The position numbers and the translations under genes are program-made. This document shows, piece by piece, positions 1-5,177 of a stretch of 5,180 nucleotides of DNA (positions are counted from its first letter, which is position 1; every line of letters starts with the position of its first letter). The stretch lies in the NCBI GenBank assembly GCA_964617525.1, contig CAZTWG010000030.1, forward strand, positions 1 through 5,180, written 5' to 3'. Origin of the DNA: an uncultured Gammaproteobacteria bacterium (lineage in GTDB: Bacteria > Patescibacteriota > Patescibacteriia > UBA2591 > UBA6264). The notes under the pieces are model-generated. The model was not told the origin of the DNA. It searched no databases and saw nothing but the letters and a program-made list of their open reading frames with translations.

Positions 1-221
1 ATTTTATTCACTATAGAAGATATTTTCTCAGATGACACAAATGCTTTGGTCATTTTTTCTAAATTTTCTACTGGGCAAAATAAATCTTGACCCATTTTTA
101 CGAGCTTAATATCCCCTCTTTTGTCTTTATCAATAATTATTTTTTCATCTACTCCCAAATACTTCGATAGTTCGTTTAAGCTTAAATATCTTTCCTTGAG
201 AGCTTTTTTTTCCTTTTTCAT
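1..221 (-). CDS. Partial CDS (first 73 codons; 3' end beyond the left edge): DNA-binding protein with an excisionase/MerR-like (HTH_17-type) helix-turn-helix N-terminal domain
   Basis: Absent from the supplied track because there is no stop in the window. Hand translation of the reverse complement from ATG 221..219 gives MKKEKKALKERYLSLNELSKYLGVDEKIIIDKDKRGDIKLVKMGQDLFCPVENLEKMTKAFVSSEKISSIVNK, open to position 1. The stretch LSLNELSKYLGV..(I/V)....G.I..VK.G....F....L resembles excisionase-family HTH domains. This is pattern recognition from memory, not a search. Confidence 0.45.
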   Translation of the reverse strand, partial: MKKEKKALKERYLSLNELSKYLGVDEKIIIDKDKRGDIKLVKMGQDLFCPVENLEKMTKAFVSSEKISSIVNK

Positions 222-282
222 CGTTATTAATTATAAAATTAAAATTTAATTATAAGATTCTGCGAACACATTGAGCGGGCTC

Positions 283-1509
283 TTACAAATATTTTCTATT
301 TTTTAATTTATCTGGAAGGTAATCTTGCTTTTCTCTGTAATTATGGTCTGGGCTATATTTATATCCTTTTCCATAGCCAAGATCTTTCATTAATTGTTTT
401 GGCGCATTTCGTATATGCAATGGTACTGGCAAATTACCATATTCAGCTACATCTTGAGCAGCTTTATTATAAGCAATATATAGATCATTTGACTTTTTGC
501 ACTTAGCCAAATAGACCACTGCTTGAGCTAAAATCACGTTACATTCAGGCAAACCAATAAAATGACATGCTTGATAAGTCGCAACAGCTTGCTCCAACGC
601 TTTAGAATTAGCTAAACCAACATCTTCTGAGGCAAAACGAATTAAACGACGAGCAATGTAGAGAGGATTTTCCCCTGCCTCCACCATTCTAGCCAACCAA
701 TATAAGGCTGCATTAGAATCTGAACCACGCATTGATTTATGCAATGCTGAAATAATATTATAATGTTCTTCTCCATTTTTATCGTAGAAAAGATGAGATT
801 TTTGAAATGCTTGCTTAACTGCTTCGATGGTAATTTTTAAATTTTTTTTACTATTTTTGGGGCGTGAAAAAACAGCATACTCTAAAACGTTCAAAGCCGT
901 TCTTGCATCGCCGTTGCTCATTTGAGCAATAGACTCTACGACTTTATCATCTATTTCTATACTAAATTCTCCAAACCCCCTTTTCTTGTCCTTAACAGCA
1001 TTCTTAATAATTTTACAAATCTGTTTTTCTGTTAAACTTTTCAAAACAAATACCCTGCAACGTGAAAGTAAAGCGCTAGTTATTTCAAAACTGGGATTTT
1101 CTGTAGTTGTGCCGATCAAAACAACTTGACCTTGTTCAACATATGGCAAGAGAGCATCCTGCTGATTTTTTCTCCATCTATGGATTTCATCGACGAAAAG
1201 AATTGTTTTCTTTCCCTCTTTTTTATTTCTCTCAGCTTTTTTAAAAATATTTCTTAAATCCTTCAATCCAGAACTAACGGCACTGATTTTTTCAAATTCC
1301 GATTTTGTTTGTTTGGCAATAATAAAAGCTAATGTAGTTTTTCCGCTCCCTGGTGGTCCCCAAAAAATCAAAGAAGGTAATTGATCAGATTCTATGGCCG
1401 CTTTCAAAAGAGTATCATTTCCTATAATTTCTTTTTGTCCTAAAAATTTCTTAAGAGAAGTCGGCCTCATTCTATCTGCCAATGGCGCATTTAAAGAAGT
1501 ATTTAACAT
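283..1509 (-). CDS. rarA: Replication-associated recombination protein A (RarA/MgsA, WRNIP1/Mgs1-family AAA+ ATPase), 408 aa
   Basis: ATG start and TAA stop. N-terminal RMRPTSLKKFLGQKEIIG, Walker A GPPGSGKTTLA, Walker B ILFVDEIHRW, sensor-1-like IGTTTENPSFE and the C-terminal MgsA helical domain (HYNIISALHKSMRGSDSNAALYWLARMVEAGENPLYIARRL) all match the RarA family, as does the length. Confidence 0.93.
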   Translation of the reverse strand: MLNTSLNAPLADRMRPTSLKKFLGQKEIIGNDTLLKAAIESDQLPSLIFWGPPGSGKTTLAFIIAKQTKSEFEKISAVSSGLKDLRNIFKKAERNKKEGKKTILFVDEIHRWRKNQQDALLPYVEQGQVVLIGTTTENPSFEITSALLSRCRVFVLKSLTEKQICKIIKNAVKDKKRGFGEFSIEIDDKVVESIAQMSNGDARTALNVLEYAVFSRPKNSKKNLKITIEAVKQAFQKSHLFYDKNGEEHYNIISALHKSMRGSDSNAALYWLARMVEAGENPLYIARRLIRFASEDVGLANSKALEQAVATYQACHFIGLPECNVILAQAVVYLAKCKKSNDLYIAYNKAAQDVAEYGNLPVPLHIRNAPKQLMKDLGYGKGYKYSPDHNYREKQDYLPDKLKNRKYL

Positions 1510-1527
1510 ATATTATAATTTAGTATT

Positions 1528-1556
1528 ATTTTAACATATCTTATAGTTTAGAACAA
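1528..1556 (-). promoter_or_regulatory. Candidate sigma70-type promoter for rarA: TTGTTC - 17 nt - (TGt)TAAAAT
   Basis: Minus strand reads TTGTTC (1556..1551), a 17-nt spacer ending in TGt, then TAAAAT (1533..1528), 18 nt before the rarA ATG. No SD is visible. AT-rich sequence makes chance matches likely. Confidence 0.3.
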
Positions 1557-1570
1557 CAACAATCTTGCTC

Positions 1571-1598
1571 TTGTCAAAAAATACTCTCTTGATATAAT
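1571..1598 (+). promoter_or_regulatory. Sigma70-type promoter with extended -10 driving the tRNA pair: TTGTCA - 16 nt - TGaTATAAT
   Basis: TTGTCA at 1571-1576, TG at 1590-1591 and consensus TATAAT at 1593-1598, about 45 nt upstream of the first tRNA. It is divergent from rarA and back-to-back with the candidate rarA -35. Confidence 0.55.
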
Positions 1599-1643
1599 AA
1601 AGAAACTTTGTTATTTGTTTTACTTATGATAAAGTATTATTGA

Positions 1644-1718
1644 CGCGGGGTAGAGCAACGGCAGCTCGCCAGGCCCATAACCTGGAGGTTACAGGTTCAA
1701 ATCCTGTCCCCGCAACCA
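1644..1718 (+). tRNA. Initiator tRNA-fMet (anticodon CAT), 3'-CCA genomically encoded
   Basis: Hand-folded cloverleaf: acceptor CGCGGGG (1644-1650) / CCCCGCA (1708-1714) with a C1xA72 mismatch; D arm GAGC-AACGGCA-GCTC with A11:U24; anticodon arm CCAGG-CCCATAA-CCTGG (CAT at 1676-1678); variable AGGTT; T arm ACAGG-TTCAAAT-CCTGT; then ACCA (1715-1718). Acceptor, D stem and T loop are near-identical to E. coli tRNA-fMet as I recall it. Confidence 0.9.
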
Positions 1719-1719
1719 T

Positions 1720-1791
1720 GGCAGGATAGCTCAATGGTAGAGCGGCGTCTTCATAAGGCGCATGTTGCGGGTTCAATTCCCGCTCCTGCTA
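1720..1791 (+). tRNA. Elongator tRNA with CAT anticodon, either tRNA-Met or tRNA-Ile2 (lysidine-modified); no encoded CCA
   Basis: Cloverleaf: acceptor GGCAGGA (1720-1726) / TCCTGCT (1784-1790) with G1:U72 wobble; D arm GCTC-AATGGTA-GAGC; anticodon arm GCGTC-TTCATAA-GGCGC (CAT at 1752-1754); variable ATGTT; T arm GCGGG-TTCAATT-CCCGC; discriminator A1791, followed by TTTT. A paired 1:72 and Y11:R24 argue against a second initiator. Met versus Ile2 cannot be decided by eye. Confidence 0.85.
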
Positions 1792-2367
1792 TTTTAAAAA
1801 TTTTGAAATATTCAAAATTTTTTTATTTTTCCTAAAAATTACATTCACTATCCAAACCGAAAAAAGAGCAGTCAAAACTCCTCCTAAAATATCTAAAGGA
1901 TAATGCACACCAATAAAAACTCGCGATAAACCTATAAACGAAGAAAGTATCAACAATATTACACCAAATTTTCGCCAATCTCCAAAAACTATCAACCCCA
2001 TTACAAAAGCAACGGCAGTATGGTCAGATGGAAAAGAATAATCTTTAGGGGAAGAAAAAAAACTACTTAATCTATGAATTTCTGGGTAAAGAACAAAAGG
2101 TCTAAGTCTAACAAAAAATATACCTAATATATAATTTAATAGATGACTAATTAAATAAGACAAAGCTATAGCTGAGATGATTTTCAAAAAAACAGAAACC
2201 AAACGGTTTCTGCGATAAAAAAAATAGAAAAAAAGAATTATTAAAGGAATAGCAAAAATTAAAAAATCAGCACCTAAAATGCCCAAGACATCTAGACCCA
2301 CGAATTTCCCCGCCCAACCATTAATCCAGAGACATAGAGAATTATCTAAAAATTTTATAAAATTCAT
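1789..2367 (-). CDS. PAP2-superfamily membrane phosphatase, BcrC-like undecaprenyl-diphosphate phosphatase, 192 aa
   Basis: ATG start and TAG stop. PAP2 motifs are present: C1 FFVRLRPF (RP retained, upstream Lys absent as I recall for B. subtilis BcrC YFEPRPF), C2 SFPSDHT, C3 SRVFIGVHYPLDILGG. The protein is hydrophobic and multi-TM. It starts 5 nt after the upstream stop, which suggests coupling. Confidence 0.85.
   Translation of the reverse strand: MNFIKFLDNSLCLWINGWAGKFVGLDVLGILGADFLIFAIPLIILFFYFFYRRNRLVSVFLKIISAIALSYLISHLLNYILGIFFVRLRPFVLYPEIHRLSSFFSSPKDYSFPSDHTAVAFVMGLIVFGDWRKFGVILLILSSFIGLSRVFIGVHYPLDILGGVLTALFSVWIVNVIFRKNKKILNISKFLK
1796..1830 (+). terminator. Possible weak intrinsic terminator for the tRNA transcript (all-A/T hairpin plus T-run), embedded in the antisense PAP2 coding end
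   Basis: AAAAATTTTGAA (1796-1807) pairs perfectly with TTCAAAATTTTT (1811-1822) around an ATA loop, followed by TTATTTTT. There is only one G:C pair, so stability is low. Confidence 0.3.
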
Positions 2368-2372
2368 ATAAA

Positions 2373-2774
2373 CTAATGATTAGATTTTTTGAAAAAATAA
2401 TTCCACCAAGTCTTAAAGTTTAAAGAAGATTTTGGAGACGAAGGCTGAATTTTATCTGGAGAACAATCAGTTTCCAAAGGAACAATTACTATAACTCTTT
2501 CTCCTGGCTTTTGTAACCCCATATTTAGGCGAGCAGCTTTTTCTTTGAAATACTCAGTTTTGGATTTTTCTAGATTATCTACTAAATTTTGATTTTCTGT
2601 TTCTATTCCTTCAACCTGTTCTTCAAAATAATCTAACTCCTCTGACAAAAGCCTCCTGTAATTTATTGCCTTAACCAAATATATTAAAGCCAATAACAGA
2701 AAAAAAAATAAAAGAAAAAATAAGTATTTGTTTGAAATAATTTTTTTGAAAATAGAAATTTTTGGTTTTGACAT
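2373..2774 (-). CDS. Septum formation initiator family protein (FtsB/DivIC-like bitopic cell-division protein), 133 aa from ATG 2774
   Basis: Short basic N-terminus, one TM (YLFFLLFFFLLLALIYLV), a coiled-coil-like acidic segment (LSEELDYFEEQVEGIETENQNLVDNLEKSK), then EKAARLNMGLQKPGERVIVIVP, matching the conserved A-R-x-x-L-G-(x)-x-x-P-G-E motif of the DivIC/FtsB family. The track start at 2780 is a TTG; ATG at 2774 is preferred. Confidence 0.7.
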   Translation of the reverse strand: MSKPKISIFKKIISNKYLFFLLFFFLLLALIYLVKAINYRRLLSEELDYFEEQVEGIETENQNLVDNLEKSKTEYFKEKAARLNMGLQKPGERVIVIVPLETDCSPDKIQPSSPKSSLNFKTWWNYFFKKSNH

Positions 2775-2795
2775 AATCAAATGCTTAAAATCTTT

Positions 2796-4595
2796 TTATT
2801 TTACTATAATAGCTAGATATGCTTCTGGGGGGATATTGATTTTCCCAAATTGCATTAATTTTTTCTTACCCTTTTTCTGCTTCTTTAATAATTTATTTTT
2901 TCTACCAACATCTCCTCCATATAACTTAGCAGTTACATCTTTACGTAAAGCTGAAATTTTTTCTGAAGCTAAAATTTTTCCACCGATTGCGGCCTGAACC
3001 TTAATTTCAAACATCTGACGCGGCAAAACCTCTTTTAATTTTTTGACTATTTTTCGTCCAGATGTATAGGCCCTATCCCTATAAGCAATAGTAGCTAACT
3101 GTTCAACTAAATCACCAGCAACTAAAATGTCAAGACGCACTACATCAGCCACGCGATAATCTAAAAATTCATAACTATAAGAAGCATATCCCTTGCTCAA
3201 CCCTTTTATTTTATCATAAAAATCAACTAAAAGTAAGGACAAAGGAGCCTCATAATGGATAAGAGCTCGTCTGGATGCCTGAGAAGCGCCAATATATTCT
3301 AAAGAGATAAACTTTACTCTTCCCAAATTATCTAAAAACTCCATCAAAAGCCCAAAACATTCTTGAGGAGAAACAATATCGATTCTGACCCAAGGTTCTT
3401 CTATTTTTTTAATTTGAGAAGGGTCAGGGAAAGAACTAGGACTTTTGATAATCTCAAAACTATCTTCTTTAAAAACCCTATAAGAAACACTTGGAGCAGT
3501 AATAGCTAGATCTAAATTATATTCCCTTTTAAGTCTTTCCATTGTTATATCTAAATGCAATAAACCCAAAAACCCTACTCGAAAACCAAAACCAAGAGCA
3601 GAAGAATCTTCTGGCTCAAATATTAAACTAGCATCATTTAATTTTAATTTATCTAAAGCTTTGCGCAATTTTTCCTGATGACTTCCATCTTTTGGATAAA
3701 TACCAGCAAAAACCATAGGTTGTGGCTCCTTATAACCAGGCAAAGCATTATTTTCTTGCCCATTAACTGAAATTGTATCTCCTACTCGGCATTTATCAAT
3801 ATCTTTTAGCCCAGTAACGATGTATCCTATTTCTCCCGCAGACAACAAATCTCTATCTATTAAATCTGGACGGAATATCCCCACATTAAGAGAAATTGAC
3901 TCAGTATCAGTTTTAATAAGTTTTATTTTTTGATTAGCTTTTACTGACCCACTAAAAACCCTGACAAAAGCTACTACACCACGAAATTCATCGAAATATG
4001 AATCAAAAATCAGAGCAGACAATGGTTTGTCAACCATTAATTGGGGTTCTGGAACCCTTTTGATAACTTCACCTAGAAGTTTCTCAACTCCCTGACCAGT
4101 CTTAGCTGAAATACAAATAATATCCTCAGGAGAAACGCCAGTTAGTCCTGATAATTCTTTTTTAACTGAATCTAAATCTAAATGAGGTAAATCCACCTTA
4201 TTGATGGCAGGAATAATCTTTAATCCCTGTTGTTGCGCTAAATGAAAGTTAGCCAAAGTTTGAGCTTGAATGCCTTGACTAGCATCAACTAATAATATAG
4301 CGCCCTCAACAGCTACTAGCGAACGCGAGACTTCATAAGAAAAGTCAACATGACCGGGAGTGTCAATTAAATTTAAAATATAACGATTACCGTTAAAGTT
4401 ATAGCTCATTGTTACGGGCTGAAGCTTAATAGTAATGCCTCGTTCTTTTTCTAATGGCAAACGGTCTAAATATTGAGGTTCAATTTTATCTTTAGAAACA
4501 GTATTCGTTATTTCCAAAAAACGGTCAGCCAAAGTTGACTTCCCGTGATCAATGTGTGATATAATACAAAAATTTCTAATATTTTGTTTAGACAT
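2796..4595 (-). CDS. lepA: Translation elongation factor 4 (LepA / EF4 GTPase), 599 aa
   Basis: From MSKQNIRNFCIISHIDHGKSTLADR (G1), with DTPGHVDFSYEVSR (G3), NKVDLP (G4) and the LepA-specific C-terminus (KVQAAIGGKILASEKISALRKDVTAKLYGGDVGRKNKLLKKQKKGKKKLMQFGKINIPPEAYLAI). The 599 aa length equals E. coli LepA. The track's 38 extra N-terminal residues start at a TTG and read through a terminator and promoter, so I trimmed them. Confidence 0.95.
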   Translation of the reverse strand: MSKQNIRNFCIISHIDHGKSTLADRFLEITNTVSKDKIEPQYLDRLPLEKERGITIKLQPVTMSYNFNGNRYILNLIDTPGHVDFSYEVSRSLVAVEGAILLVDASQGIQAQTLANFHLAQQQGLKIIPAINKVDLPHLDLDSVKKELSGLTGVSPEDIICISAKTGQGVEKLLGEVIKRVPEPQLMVDKPLSALIFDSYFDEFRGVVAFVRVFSGSVKANQKIKLIKTDTESISLNVGIFRPDLIDRDLLSAGEIGYIVTGLKDIDKCRVGDTISVNGQENNALPGYKEPQPMVFAGIYPKDGSHQEKLRKALDKLKLNDASLIFEPEDSSALGFGFRVGFLGLLHLDITMERLKREYNLDLAITAPSVSYRVFKEDSFEIIKSPSSFPDPSQIKKIEEPWVRIDIVSPQECFGLLMEFLDNLGRVKFISLEYIGASQASRRALIHYEAPLSLLLVDFYDKIKGLSKGYASYSYEFLDYRVADVVRLDILVAGDLVEQLATIAYRDRAYTSGRKIVKKLKEVLPRQMFEIKVQAAIGGKILASEKISALRKDVTAKLYGGDVGRKNKLLKKQKKGKKKLMQFGKINIPPEAYLAIIVK

Positions 4596-4605
4596 AACAA
4601 AATTA

Positions 4606-4634
4606 ATTTTATGATATTTGGGGACTAATGTCAA
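4606..4634 (-). promoter_or_regulatory. Sigma70-type promoter for lepA: TTGACA - 17 nt - TAAAAT, only 10 nt upstream of the ATG
   Basis: Minus strand reads TTGACA (4634..4629), a 17-nt spacer, TAAAAT (4611..4606), TAATTTTGTT, then ATG (4595). The -35 is consensus and overlaps the T-tract of the upstream terminator. Confidence 0.5.
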
Positions 4635-4667
4635 ATAAAAAAGTAGCAGCTGATTAGCAGCTGCTAC
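4633..4667 (-). terminator. Rho-independent terminator of the upstream membrane-protein gene
   Basis: Perfect 10-bp stem GTAGCAGCTG (4643-4652) / CAGCTGCTAC (4658-4667) with a 5-nt loop. On the minus strand it is followed directly by TTTTTTATTT (4642..4633). It begins 17 nt after the stop at 4684-4686. Confidence 0.75.
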
Positions 4668-4683
4668 AAAACGTGGCCAACTC

Positions 4684-5115
4684 TTAATAAAAAAGAGCCG
4701 ACTCAACAACTCCCCCCATAATATACATCATCACGATAACTATAAAAGTGCCAATAAACATTGCCGAGAAATTGAGCTTTAATAAAGCCCAGATTTGATG
4801 ACGGCGGTAAAAGAAAAAGAAGACAGAAACTATTAATTGAATCCCCAAAACAATCAATAAGGTAAGAAAAAATGGATTGGAAAGATCCAGAAAATACCTG
4901 TACTCTAATATTCCTGGGATAAAAATAGCAGACAAGACTATTACTGTCTCTAGGGAAAATATGGAAAAAATAGCTTCAACAAAATACCTTGATTTTGATG
5001 TTACTGACACCCGACACACAAAAGTATTAGCTATGTGTCTTGCAATAAAGTAGAAAAAAGTCAATGACGGGACATATACTATGGCGAAGCATAAGATTCT
5101 GTCAAACGTTGACAT
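4684..5115 (-). CDS. Hypothetical small integral membrane protein (about 4 predicted TM helices), 143 aa, no family recognised
   Basis: ATG at 5115..5113 lies 6 nt downstream of a strong SD; stop is TAA. Four hydrophobic stretches: ILCFAIVYVPSLTFFYFIA, AIFSIFSLETVIVLSAIFIPGIL, PFFLTLLIVLGIQLIVSVFFFFY and FSAMFIGTFIVIVMMYIMGGVV. The track start at 5139 is a TTG, and that extension would contain the SD. Confidence 0.6.
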   Translation of the reverse strand: MSTFDRILCFAIVYVPSLTFFYFIARHIANTFVCRVSVTSKSRYFVEAIFSIFSLETVIVLSAIFIPGILEYRYFLDLSNPFFLTLLIVLGIQLIVSVFFFFYRRHQIWALLKLNFSAMFIGTFIVIVMMYIMGGVVESALFY

Positions 5116-5120
5116 GGGGT

Positions 5121-5129
5121 ACCTCCTTT
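5121..5129 (-). promoter_or_regulatory. Shine-Dalgarno site AAAGGAGGT for the membrane-protein gene
   Basis: Plus-strand acctccttt (5121-5129) is AAAGGAGGT on the minus strand, with GGAGG spaced 6 nt from ATG 5115. Confidence 0.75.
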
Positions 5130-5147
5130 TTGTTTTCAAAGATGTTT

Positions 5148-5177
5148 ATATTATGGCAGATTTAAACAATTTGTCAA
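5148..5177 (-). promoter_or_regulatory. Sigma70-type promoter for the membrane-protein gene: TTGACA - 16 to 18 nt - CATAATAT
   Basis: Minus strand reads TTGACA (5177..5172), AATTGTTTAAATCTGC, then CATAAT / TAATAT (5155..5148), about 20 nt upstream of the SD. Confidence 0.5.

Noticed and set aside
272-282. Possible att-like repeat of the tRNA 3' end, suggesting an integrated element between rarA and the tRNAs
   Set aside because: Only the 7-mer CCCGCTC is shared (minus strand near 274-280 versus tRNA 1779-1785) and the flanks diverge. No integrase or other mobile genes are present, and the intervening gene is housekeeping rarA.
1626-1643. Mini-ORF ATG ATA AAG TAT TAT TGA in the tRNA leader
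   Set aside because: It is five codons long with no RBS and lies in a leader that RNase P removes. This is expected by chance in AT-rich sequence.
1640-1645. TTGACG -35-like hexamer overlapping the start of the initiator tRNA
   Set aside because: No appropriately spaced -10 follows, since the downstream sequence is the G+C-rich tRNA body. The upstream TTGTCA/TGaTATAAT promoter explains expression.
2775-2780. TTG start (2780) for the DivIC-like ORF
   Set aside because: An in-frame ATG lies two codons downstream at 2774. Neither has an SD, so this is a low-stakes choice and ATG is preferred.
2728-2997. 89-aa plus-strand ORF from the track (MFEIIFLKIEIFGF...)
   Set aside because: It starts at a TTG and lies entirely antisense to the well-supported lepA 3' end and the DivIC-like 5' end. 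Its Phe/Ile/Asn-rich low-complexity composition is typical of the antisense frame in AT-rich genes. It has no SD or promoter.
4596-4709. 38-residue N-terminal extension of the lepA ORF
   Set aside because: It begins at a TTG, overlaps the upstream gene's last codons, and contains a perfect intrinsic terminator and a consensus -35/-10 pair. The conserved LepA N-terminus and canonical 599-aa length begin at ATG 4595.
5116-5139. 8-codon N-terminal extension (TTG start) of the 4-TM protein ORF
   Set aside because: The extension contains the AAAGGAGGT SD, which is ideally spaced for the internal ATG at 5115. A TTG with no upstream RBS is much less likely.
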